Shown: in pieces, positions 19,042 through 29,158 of the stretch
Layout: the number at the start of each line of letters is the position of its first letter
Numbering within the stretch: the first letter of the stretch is position 1
Origin: a virus
Lineage: Duplodnaviria; Caudoviricetes
Virus record (IMG/VR): IMGVR_UViG_3300016656_000168
Span: 1-36,252 of that record
Direction: 5' to 3' (one strand)
DNA: 36,252 nt
Translations under genes and position numbers: made by a program
The notes under the pieces: model-generated
Seen by the model: the letters and a program-made list of their open reading frames with translations, nothing else
What the model was told of the DNA's origin: nothing
Database searches by the model: none

Positions 19042-19367
19042 GCGCGCTCGAGGGGGCGAAGCGGGCGGCGGGGGCGACCGTGCGGGCCGGCCGGTGGGTC
19101 ATCGGCGACGACTCCGGGGCCCGGCCGTCCCGGAAGCTCCAGGCCCTCCGGTGGTACACCGTCGCCGTTCTGGTCGCCGTCGGAGGCGGGCACCTCCTGG
19201 AGCTGGACGAGGACCTCGTCCGCCTGGTGGTGGAGAAGCTCACCTGGGCCCTCGGGCTCACGGTCGGCGCCAACGCCCTGGGCGACCACGCCGCCGGCGC
19301 CGTCGCGAAGGTGGGCGAGGCTATCACCGAGATCGTCGCCGGCGGGCGGCGGGGGAGGGGGGAGTGA
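19038..19367 (+). CDS. Putative holin-like membrane protein
   Basis: 109 aa with two hydrophobic segments, shortly upstream of the endolysin. Confidence 0.55.
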   Translation: MSALEGAKRAAGATVRAGRWVIGDDSGARPSRKLQALRWYTVAVLVAVGGGHLLELDEDLVRLVVEKLTWALGLTVGANALGDHAAGAVAKVGEAITEIVAGGRRGRGE

Positions 19368-19552
19368 ATCTGCGCCCGGACTGGTCCAAGATCCCAGAGG
19401 TCACCGCCGTTCAGGCGAAGGCGATGGCCGAGCGCCTCGGGAAGGAAATCCGCGAGGCAGAGCAGCGCGCCCGCCGCGCCGAGGAGAAGCGCGCTCGGCG
19501 CCGTGCCCGCCGTCACGCGGTTCCTGGGCGCATCTGCCGGGGGCGGCCGTGA
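19364..19552 (+). CDS. Small protein homologous to the TMP N-terminus
   Basis: 62 aa, GTGA-coupled at both ends, strong GGAG RBS. Residues 2-39 match TMP residues 15-52 at 21/38 identity without gaps. Confidence 0.75.
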   Translation: MNLRPDWSKIPEVTAVQAKAMAERLGKEIREAEQRARRAEEKRARRRARRHAVPGRICRGRP

Positions 19553-20028
19553 GCGCCATCATCTGGCCCGAGCTCGCCCTCGACGACCCGCGGGTGGTGC
19601 GCACGCTCCGCCGCTGGGGCCACCCCTACGGCTGGGCGAAGGGCTCGCCCGCGACGGCGCTCCTCCCCGGCTCGGACCGGGACGACTCCGACTGCAGCGG
19701 CGAGGCCCAGGAGGTCCTCGTGGAGGCCGGCGAGCTCGACGCCGGGGAGCCGGACCGCAACAGCCGCGGCCTCGCGATGATCTGCGACCCCGTCGCCGAG
19801 GGGGACGAGCAGCCCTTCAACCTGGCCTTCTACGGGGAGGACAACCGCATCACCCACGTCATGGTCGTGGTGGGACGGAACGCCGTCCTGGGCGCCTCGG
19901 GCGGCCGGAGCACCACGCACGGGGACGACCCCCGGGCCTTCGTCCAGCTCCACCGCCTCCACTACCGCCCGGACCTCGTGTGCCTGGGCCGCATCAAGGC
20001 CGAGCACCGGCCCCGGAGCACCTCGTGA
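19549..20028 (+). CDS. NlpC/P60-family peptidoglycan hydrolase (endolysin candidate)
   Basis: GHPYGW...DCSG catalytic Cys motif and ITHVMVVVG catalytic His; next to membrane genes. Confidence 0.85.
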   Translation: MSAIIWPELALDDPRVVRTLRRWGHPYGWAKGSPATALLPGSDRDDSDCSGEAQEVLVEAGELDAGEPDRNSRGLAMICDPVAEGDEQPFNLAFYGEDNRITHVMVVVGRNAVLGASGGRSTTHGDDPRAFVQLHRLHYRPDLVCLGRIKAEHRPRSTS

Positions 20029-20366
20029 ACCTCGCCGCCCTGCCCCTCCTCTACATCGCCGCCCTCGGCCGCCGCGGCGCCCTCGCCGAGCTCCAGGCCA
20101 CCATCGCCGCGGCCGTGGCGGGCGGGGTCACCCGGGACGAGGCCGTGGACGTCGTCGCCGAGCTGCTCGACTTCCTCACGCCGATCGAGGACCTGCTCCC
20201 CGGCCACGTCGGCAAGCTTGCCGAGGAGGCCGTGGACGAGGCGATCGAGCGGACCGCGGCGCGCCTCGTGGACCTGGTGTTCCCGGACCCCGCGAAGGCC
20301 GAGGCCCGGCTCACCCGGCAGCGCCAGCGCCAGGCCCGGCGAGCGGCGCGACGGAAGGCGGCGTGA
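20025..20366 (+). CDS. Hypothetical protein
   Basis: 113 aa from GTG, GTGA overlaps at both ends, strong codon bias. Confidence 0.65.
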   Translation: MNLAALPLLYIAALGRRGALAELQATIAAAVAGGVTRDEAVDVVAELLDFLTPIEDLLPGHVGKLAEEAVDEAIERTAARLVDLVFPDPAKAEARLTRQRQRQARRAARRKAA

Positions 20367-20569
20367 CCCGCGCCCTTGTCACCGCGGACCTGCGCGAGGC
20401 GCGGAGGCTGGTCACCGCCGGCGCCCGCATCGCCGCCCGGGTCAAGCACGCCGCCCACCGCCGTGCCCGCCGCGCCCTACGTGACTGGCTCGCGCGAGGC
20501 CGCCGGGACCCCGACGTCTACGACACGCCGCCCACGCCTCGCCCCGGCAGCGGATGGGACGTCGCGTGA
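20363..20569 (+). CDS. Hypothetical Arg-rich protein
   Basis: 68 aa, GTGA-coupled. Confidence 0.55.
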   Translation: MTRALVTADLREARRLVTAGARIAARVKHAAHRRARRALRDWLARGRRDPDVYDTPPTPRPGSGWDVA

Positions 20570-20670
20570 CCTCCCTCCTCCACCACCTCGCCCACGCCCT
20601 CGCGGTGGTGGGCGTCTACGTCGCCGTCCTGGGGCTCGTGCTCCGGCGGCGCTTCACCACCAGGACCTGA
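20566..20670 (+). CDS. Small single-TM protein (34 aa)
   Basis: MTSLLHHLAHALAVVGVYVAVLGLVLRRRFTTRT; GTGA-coupled; not in the ORF track. Confidence 0.55.
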   Translation: MTSLLHHLAHALAVVGVYVAVLGLVLRRRFTTRT

Positions 20671-20676
20671 CCCCCC

Positions 20677-21351
20677 ATGCCCTCCCCGATGCCCTCCCGC
20701 CTCTCCCCCCCGATCTTCCTCGCCCTCCTCGCCACCCTCGGCATCGGCGGCGCCGCCGGCGGCCGCTACCTCGCCACCCGCCCGACCGGGCCCGAGCTCG
20801 AGCCGACCGCGCCCACCGTGGACCTCGCGCCGGTGGCCCCGGCGGTGGACCCGGCCCCGGTGGTGCCCGTGGAGCCCGCGCCGGTCGTCGCCACGGCCGA
20901 GGTCGCCTACACCGGCCACGAGTGCGACGCGGCGCGGGAGACCTACTGCGCCGGGCTCAAGGGCAAGTGGGCCGACGTCTCCGCGTGGTGCGAGGCGCAG
21001 AAGGCGGAGTGGGTCGCCTCGGGCGCCGTCACCGCCATCAACCCCTGCGCGAACCAGAAGTACGCGACGGACTCCTGCGTGGAGTGGGCCGCCGCGACGA
21101 AGCCGGTGGACCCGGCGTGCCCCGCGTACATGGACGCGATCAACGACGCGAACGACGCGCTCAACGCCGCCTGCCGCTACACCACCCGCAAGGGCGGCGT
21201 GTGCGAGGGCGTCATCCCGAAGCCCGCCGACCCGACGGCCCCGGTCAAGGTCGTGCCGCTGGACGACTGCCTCGAGGAGCACCGCGCCGAGCTCTCGGCC
21301 GAGTGCCAGAAGGCGATGGACGTGAAGGCGAGCGTCATCCACACGCGGTAG
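20677..21351 (+). CDS. Membrane-anchored Cys-rich protein
   Basis: N-terminal TM, Pro/Val linker and 10 Cys. The C-terminal AC...C.GV.P...CLEEH...LS.EC resembles the GLG1-type Cys-rich repeat. Confidence 0.72.
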   Translation: MPSPMPSRLSPPIFLALLATLGIGGAAGGRYLATRPTGPELEPTAPTVDLAPVAPAVDPAPVVPVEPAPVVATAEVAYTGHECDAARETYCAGLKGKWADVSAWCEAQKAEWVASGAVTAINPCANQKYATDSCVEWAAATKPVDPACPAYMDAINDANDALNAACRYTTRKGGVCEGVIPKPADPTAPVKVVPLDDCLEEHRAELSAECQKAMDVKASVIHTR

Positions 21352-21538
21352 GCCGGCGCGCCGCGGTCGGCGGCGGAGCTGGTGCCGCTGGCCCGGGCAA
21401 GCGGCCTGGGGGTGTCGGACCCGATCGCGCTGGGCCACTTGCTGTCCCGGGCGGGGTCGTCGCCGGCGCCGGGGTACCGGCTCTGGCGGGGGAAGGTGGG
21501 GGAGGCGCGGGGGTACGTGCTGCGCCGCGGGTGAGGGT

Positions 21539-21729
21539 CCGGCAGCGCTGCCGGTTGTGCGGGTTGTGCGGGTCCTGGGCCTGTCGGGGCCCGCACACCG
21601 CGATCGTGTGGGATCACCCGATCGGGGTTGAACGGTCGGTTTTCGACCCGTTGCGATTACACGTGGTAATGTTCATCTGGCCTACTCCAACGGTGGTTTT
21701 CCTGGACCCTGTGCGGGCGGCTGTGCGGG
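21539..21729. other. Putative attP with integrase arm-type sites
   Basis: Five TGTGCGGG copies (21556, 21565, inverted 21590, 21710, 21722) flank an AT-richer core with the inverted repeat ATTAC-ACGTG-GTAAT (21656-21670), at the 3' end of the integrase. Confidence 0.65.
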
Positions 21730-22872
21730 TCTCCGCCGCCCCCGGCGGACGACGTCGAGGCGGACGATCGCCCCGCCGCTCGCCTCCGCCTCCCGGGCGG
21801 GCGCCGGGAGCTCGGGCACGGCGCCGAGGCCCGAGGTGGTGAGCGCGGCCTCGAGGTCCGCCTCCACCGCCCGCCGGTAGTGCTTGAGCGCCACGGCCGG
21901 GGAGTGCCCCAGCATGGCCGCCGCCGTGCCCACGTCGATGCCCCGGCGGTACAGCTGGTCCACCGCGGCCCGTCGGAGGTCGTGTGGGGTCCATGGCGCC
22001 CCTGCGGCCTTCAGGTGGAGGTGGAGGAGCTCGCGGGCGCTGCCGGGGGTCCGCCCCAGCACCCATCCCTCCTCGGGGCCGGGGTGGAGGGCCATCCAGG
22101 CGCGGAGGGCGTCCGCGGCGGTGTCGGGGAGGGGGACCTGGCGGGAGCGGCGCTTGCCCACCACGGTGAGCCACATCCGGGTCGGGGACTCCCGCACGTC
22201 CCGTCGCCGGAGGCTCCCGATCTCGCTCACCCGGCAGCCCGTGCTCCAGAGGAGGAGGAGGTGGAGCCGGCTCGGCCCGCGGAGCTGGGTGAGCACCTGG
22301 GCGACCTGCTCCCCGGTCGGCCGGGGGTGATGGAGCTCGGGGAGGTGGACCCGGACCGCGGGCAGCACCCGGAGGGGGACGAGGGCCAGCTCCGTCCCCC
22401 AGCGCCAGGCCTGGCGCAGGATCTTCAGATCGGTCTCGACGCTCCGCGCGGCGCGCCCCAGGCGGAGGGTCTGGTCGCGGTACCGCTCGAGGGCGCCGCG
22501 GTCGAGCCGCTCGATGGGGACCGCCCCGAGGATGGTGGAGAGCCGGACGGCAGCGTTGCCGTAGCTGTCGATCGTCGCGGGAGCGAGGTCGGCGCGGTGC
22601 TCGATCGTCCCGTGCCAGAGGGAGAGGAGGTCCCGAACGGTGGTCACGTCGGCCTGGGTCGGCGTCACCACGCCGGCGACGAGCGCGGCCACCGCCTGGT
22701 CGGCGTCCTCGACGGTGCCCCACCCCGTCCAGAGGGTCTCGGTGCCCCCTCGAGCGTACCGCTCGGCCCTCCAGTACCAGCGCCGCTCGTCCCGCGGGTG
22801 GGGGCCGCGGATGACCCGCAGGCGGACCGGGCCGACGCTGCGAGGAGCTGGACGCCGGGGAGGACGGGCCAT
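21682..22872 (-). CDS. int: Tyrosine integrase
   Basis: Complete catalytic set: TGCRVSEI (R), GKRRSRQVPL (K), PHDLRR (HxxR), LGHS and KHY (Y). Confidence 0.95.
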   Translation of the reverse strand: MARPPRRPAPRSVGPVRLRVIRGPHPRDERRWYWRAERYARGGTETLWTGWGTVEDADQAVAALVAGVVTPTQADVTTVRDLLSLWHGTIEHRADLAPATIDSYGNAAVRLSTILGAVPIERLDRGALERYRDQTLRLGRAARSVETDLKILRQAWRWGTELALVPLRVLPAVRVHLPELHHPRPTGEQVAQVLTQLRGPSRLHLLLLWSTGCRVSEIGSLRRRDVRESPTRMWLTVVGKRRSRQVPLPDTAADALRAWMALHPGPEEGWVLGRTPGSARELLHLHLKAAGAPWTPHDLRRAAVDQLYRRGIDVGTAAAMLGHSPAVALKHYRRAVEADLEAALTTSGLGAVPELPAPAREAEASGGAIVRLDVVRRGRRRPAQPPAQGPGKPPLE

Positions 22873-23120
22873 CAGAGCCTCGAGGACCGGCGGAGCGTAA
22901 CCGGGGCCGTGGGGGCGACCGCCGCCGGCGCCGGGGGCGCGTCCAGCGGTAGCGCGGCGAGGACCTCCGCCCAGCGGTACACCCGGAGCCCCGAGGGGCC
23001 GCGCCGGGCGATGCCCAGGCCACGGAGCCAGTCCCGCACGGCCGCGTCACGTCCCGGCACCCGGCGGAGGACCTCGGCCTCCGTGAGGAGCTCGTCCGCG
23101 ATGGCGACCTGGACGGTCAC
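22872..23120 (-). CDS. Excisionase-like or small DNA-binding protein
   Basis: 82 aa (ELLTEAEVLRRV...VRDWL...RVYRWAEVLAAL) immediately upstream of int and coupled at both ends. Confidence 0.6.
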   Translation of the reverse strand: MTVQVAIADELLTEAEVLRRVPGRDAAVRDWLRGLGIARRGPSGLRVYRWAEVLAALPLDAPPAPAAVAPTAPVTLRRSSRL

Positions 23121-23536
23121 GCCGGAGGCCCCCACACCGCGGCCCAGAGGCGCGCCCACCACGGCTTCGGGCGGACGCGCTTCGGCGGGCGGACGCGCAT
23201 GGGGGTCCAGAACGGGCATCCGGTGACCCCCGGGATGCTCGTGCCGCGCCACCTCGCGGCCTCCTCCGTGGCGTCGAGGCGGTGGTCGCGCCCGTTGTCG
23301 CGCTGGAGCGGGGTGCGGTAGCGGGCGATGCCGAGGGCGCTGCTTCCCGTGGGAGGCGTTGGCGGCCACGGCGCGCAGGAGGGCCTCGCGCCGGGTCCCG
23401 TCGGACTCTTCCCCGCGTGCAACGCGAACCACTCGCCGGCGGGGATCGGCCAGCCGCGGTTCTCCACGCGCTTGTCGAGGTGGTGGATCGCCCACGCCCA
23501 CTCGGGCCACAGGGTCAAGGCGCGAAGGTCAGCCAC
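23117..23536 (-). CDS. ASCH-domain protein, apparently chimeric or truncated
   Basis: ALTLWPEWAWAI...KRVENRGW...FALHAGK is an ASCH N-terminal signature. It is followed by a 67-bp copy of ParB gene DNA read out of frame. Confidence 0.65.
   Translation of the reverse strand: MADLRALTLWPEWAWAIHHLDKRVENRGWPIPAGEWFALHAGKSPTGPGARPSCAPWPPTPPTGSSALGIARYRTPLQRDNGRDHRLDATEEAARWRGTSIPGVTGCPFWTPMRVRPPKRVRPKPWWARLWAAVWGPPA
23337..23403. repeat. 67-bp exact direct repeat, copy 1
   Basis: Identical to 25402-25468. Confidence 0.95.
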
Positions 23537-24111
23537 GGGCCACCTCCTCGAACGCCTCGATCGCCCAGTCCCACACCGGGTGCTGCTCGTCGTCGAGCCA
23601 GGCGTCGCGGCCGAAGTGCTCCGCGGCGGCCTCGGCGAGCTGGGTGTACTCGGGCTCGCCGGTGGCGGGGTCCCGGTAGCCGCCGTCCGCGATCTCCGCC
23701 CGCATCCACCGGAGGACGCCGGCCTTCTGCGCCTCGGCGCGCGGCGCCTTCCCGGTCCCGTCGCAGGTGGAGCACCAGGGCTCGGGCTCGCCCCGGTCGC
23801 CGGTCCCGGAGCAGCTCGGGCACGGACCGAGCCGAGCCTGCTCTTCGGCGTCCAGGAGCTCGGCGCAGGCGGTGCAGAGCCCCTCCTCCGCCCAGGCGCA
23901 GCCGCCCTCGCAGGCGTTGTTCTGGGTGCACCCGCACACCCGGCAGTAGTCCCCGGCCTCGAGGTCGAGGGCGGCGCCGAGGGTGTCGATGTGCTCGAGG
24001 AGCTGGACCATCTCCGCGCACGGGAGCTCGAATAGGGCGCCCTCGGCGACGCCGTCGCGGGCCATGGTCTTGAGCTGCAGGAGTCGGTCCTGGGAGACCA
24101 GGCGGCGTCCG

Positions 24112-24119
<8 letters not shown>
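23529..24119 (-). CDS. Zinc-finger protein
   Basis: CRVCGCTQNNACEGGCAW...LCTAC plus DnaJ-type CPSCSGTG and CSTCDGTG motifs; GAGG RBS before ATG 24119. Confidence 0.75.
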
Positions 24120-26147
<2,028 letters not shown>

Positions 26148-26151
<4 letters not shown>

Positions 26152-28037
26152 GGCTGGAGCCCCTCCTCCACCACGAGGGCCACCCGGTTCCCCAGGGGGA
26201 GCAGCACGTCCTCCGGCGCATCCTGCTCGAGGAGCACGCGGACCCGGCCGGTGTCGTCCAGCCGCGCCCGGACGACCCGCAGCCGCGGCGCCTCCGCGGG
26301 CACCCGCAGGCGCTCCCGGATGGACCGGATCACCTGGGCCCGGGTGCCGGGCGCCAGATCCTCCACCGCGTCCCGGTCGACCTTGAGCAGCTCGCCCTCC
26401 AGCGCGTAGTCCACGGAGAGGAGCTCGCGGTGCGCCGCCTCGAGGGCGGCGGGCTTCTGGAGCTGGACGAGGCGCTCGACCTCGGCGTGGACGTCGGCGA
26501 CGGGAATGGGAAACGGAAGGCCGAGGGTCTCGGCCATGCGAGAGAAGGCGGCCTGGAGCCGGGCGATGTCGTGCACCACCAGCCACCGAATGCGCTGGGC
26601 CGGCGTGCCCGACTCTGCCCCGCGCACCTCGTCCAGCACCGTGTGGGCGTCCTGGCAGAGCTGCGCGAGGTGGGCGGCCTCCTCCCGCTCGGCGAGCCAC
26701 GCGGAGGTGGCGTACCGGATGCGCTGGGCGGGGGTGTCGAGGTCAGGCGCGGCGCTGCAGGGGAGGGCGTCGAGGGCCTCGTTCGCGAGGTCGAGCGAGA
26801 CCTGCATGGCGTCGCGCTCGCGCCGCAGCTGTTCCTTCTTCTCCGCCAGCGTCTTCACGTCCTCGACGAGGAACTCGAGGGGGAAGAGCTCGGGGAGACC
26901 GAGCGTCCCGGCCAGGACCTCGGTATGGCGATCGTGCTCGTAGACCTGCCGCTGCAGCTTCCGCACCGCGTCCACGACCTCGGCGTCCGAGCCGTCGGGG
27001 TCGCAGCCCAGGAGGCCGCGGAGGGTCTGGAGGGGGGTGTCGGCCTCGACGTCGGCCCGGCGGATCTCGCGCGAGAGCTGGGCGGTGAGGGCCTTGGCCT
27101 CCCCGGCGCCGATCTTCTCCGCCGTCTTCGCCCGCCGGATCTCCGCGCCCACCCGGGCCGCCTGCTGTGCGCGGGTGGCGCGGCCGCCCACCCGCTCCTC
27201 GAAGGCGGCGATGAGGACGGGGAGCAGCGCGGTCCGCTGGCCGTCGCTGGCGCGGGCCCAGTCGTCCTGGCGCGGCCGGAGGCGCCCCCAGTGCCGGTGG
27301 CACATCTCGTGCCGGGCCACCCTGCCCTCGCATCCCGGCCACCGGCAGGCCGTCGCCAGCGTGCCCGTGGCCCGCCGTCCCCCGTTCCGGCGGCGGGCGC
27401 GGCTGGGGTCCGCCTGGATGCGCTGCGCCCACTGGCGGCCGAGCAGCTCGGCGTCCAGGTCGCCGGCGCCGATGGGGAAGTCGGGGAGCTTCTTCGCGCG
27501 GCTCCAGCACGTGTCGCAGACGTTGCGATGGCTCCTCGCGTTCTTGCAGGCGGGGACGGCGCACAGGCCGGCCCTTCGACGCGGTGTGGACATGGGGACC
27601 TCGGTGGGGGTGTGGGTGTCGGTGTCCGCGATGGCGCCCCCCGCCGCCGGAAGCGGGGCGGGGGGCGCGACAGTCAGGGCATCCGGCACCTCGGTGGGCG
27701 TCGGGAGAGGGGACCGGACCACGCGCAGCGCCGGGGGGGAACGGCGCTCGGTGGCTCTCGCCGCCGGCACGGCGGCCCGCTCCGGCGGGGGGACCGGCCG
27801 CGGGCGAGGACGGGGGGCAGGGGGCGCCCCCGCGTGGAGGTGGCGGAGCGGGCGCGCCCGGTCCTGCTCGATCGGGGCGGCGACGACGGGGCGGGCCTCG
27901 GTCCAGTCCACGAGCTCGCCGGCGTCGGCGAGGACGCGGTGGTGGAGCTCGCACAGTTCGAGCCGCCCGGCCTCCCGCGTGTGGTAGGAGCCCATCGGGG
28001 CGTGGGGGCAGCCGCGGGCGGCGCAGGCGAGGCTCAT
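26148..28037 (-). CDS. Mosaic Zn-finger and coiled-coil protein containing a TMP-like segment
   Basis: Three CxxxxC...CxxH/C motifs, a Pro-rich linker, repeats TPAQRIR and TLGLP, and IGAGEAKALTAQLSREIRRAD. A possible internal ATG lies at 27593. Confidence 0.75.
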
Positions 28038-28261
28038 CCGGCACGCTCCGGCAGGGCGTCCACCAGGGCGTGAAGGACGAGTCGGGCCTCCGCGGTGATG
28101 GGGACCCCCTTGCGAGCGGCCCAGGCCAGGCCGAACAGCGCCGCGTCGATGGGGGAGCGCTCGTGCTGGAGCTCGCCCTCGAGGAGGGACGTCATCACCG
28201 CCTGGGGGTCCACGCCGCCCGGGGGGAGGGTGAACAGCCGCCGGCGCGCCCCGGCGGTCAT
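28034..28261 (-). CDS. Hypothetical protein
   Basis: 75 aa, ATGA-coupled within the leftward operon. Confidence 0.6.
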   Translation of the reverse strand: MTAGARRRLFTLPPGGVDPQAVMTSLLEGELQHERSPIDAALFGLAWAARKGVPITAEARLVLHALVDALPERAG

Positions 28262-28395
28262 CGGGGGTCCGCCAGCCGGTAGAGGGTGTAGGCGAGCAGC
28301 ACGCCCACCAGGCCGGGGGCGACCCCCATGACGAAGACGAAGATCCACACCTCGAGGGCGCGGAGGGCACGCAGCGCGGCAACGACCAGGTCCAT
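28258..28395 (-). CDS. Small membrane protein
   Basis: MDLVVAALRALRALEVWIFVFVMGVAPGLVGVLLAYTLYRLADPR; GGAG RBS; coupled to neighbours. Confidence 0.6.
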   Translation of the reverse strand: MDLVVAALRALRALEVWIFVFVMGVAPGLVGVLLAYTLYRLADPR

Positions 28396-28649
28396 CACGA
28401 CTCCTCGCCCCACGCGGGGCTCCACAGCGGACAGGGGGACAGGTGCGAGGTGGGCCAGCCCCAGGCGTCCAGCTCGGCCTGGGTGTCCCGCCAGACCTGG
28501 GCCGCGCCCTCCGGGTCGCCGGCGAGCTCGCAGGCCAGCCAGTCCACGCCGTCCTCGCGGACGACGCAGGAGGCCCGGCACGTCGAGCAGTCCCGCACCG
28601 CGAGCGGGGCCAGCGCGGACGGCAGCGTTGCCGGGTGGCGCCGGCTCAC
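28395..28649 (-). CDS. Small Cys-containing hypothetical protein
   Basis: CSTC...C...CP motif; GTGA-coupled. Confidence 0.6.
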   Translation of the reverse strand: MSRRHPATLPSALAPLAVRDCSTCRASCVVREDGVDWLACELAGDPEGAAQVWRDTQAELDAWGWPTSHLSPCPLWSPAWGEES

Positions 28650-28879
28650 GCGCAGTCCTCGAGGCGGACCCGGTCCGCCACCGGCTGCAGCAGGTAGTCG
28701 GGGCAGCAGCACCCCGGCCGCCGCGCGCAGTCGGCCGAGCACCCGCCCCAGGAGGGACGCGCGCCGTTCAGCGTCGCCGCCACCCGCTCGGCGAGCTCGA
28801 TGGTGGAGAAGAGCGCCACGTCCGCCCCGGTGGGGTCGCGGAGGGTGGCGCGGGAGGTCGTCCAGGGGGAGGTGGGCAT
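28646..28879 (-). CDS. Small Cys-rich hypothetical protein (first gene of the leftward operon)
   Basis: 77 aa with CSADCARRPGCCCP, directly downstream of the putative PL region. Confidence 0.55.
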   Translation of the reverse strand: MPTSPWTTSRATLRDPTGADVALFSTIELAERVAATLNGARPSWGGCSADCARRPGCCCPDYLLQPVADRVRLEDCA

Positions 28880-28892
28880 CGGTGCATCTCTC

Positions 28893-28930
28893 GTAGCACT
28901 ACTCGGCCCGTAGTGCAAGGAGCACTAATG
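28893..28930 (-). promoter_or_regulatory. Putative leftward promoter and operator (PL/OL-like)
   Basis: AT-richer gap with inverted repeat GCACTAC-N7-GTAGTGC (28896-28916), another AGCACTA at 28921, and a TTGCAC -35-like hexamer on the minus strand. Confidence 0.55.
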
Positions 28931-29008
28931 CTGTACGTGATGGTGTAGGCTGTACTACGAAAACCAGGATGGGGTTGTGCGTGTCGTTTCCGTGACCCAG
29001 GGACGGAC

Positions 29009-29158
29009 ATGGACGAACAGGGGATGCACGTCAGGACGATCGTGCGAGTGACCAGGCTGCGGGGCTGGCGGCTCTACGTGGCCGCGGCGCTCGTCTGGAT
29101 GCTCTCGCCGAACGTGAAAGCGATGCTTACAGCTTCACCCGAGCTGGATCCACGATGA
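29009..29158 (+). CDS. Small hydrophobic protein (49 aa)
   Basis: MDEQGMHVRT...RLYVAAALVWML...; ATGA-coupled to 29155; not in the ORF track. Confidence 0.4.
   Translation: MDEQGMHVRTIVRVTRLRGWRLYVAAALVWMLSPNVKAMLTASPELDPR

Noticed and set aside
20130-20143. ACCCGGGACGAG (TRDE) shared with the portal (about 3328) and the wHTH gene (about 36034)
   Set aside because: A short GC-rich match encoding a common helix-cap motif, expected by chance.
21624-21650. GGGGTTGAACGGTCGGTTTTCGAC resembling a tmRNA 5' end or tRNA T-arm
   Set aside because: The spacing is wrong and there is no acceptor stem or matching 3' CCA end. It is better explained as part of the attP region.
21556-21729. TGTGCGGG repeats or other short repeats as a CRISPR array
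   Set aside because: The units are 8 bp, irregularly spaced and in both orientations, and there are no cas genes.
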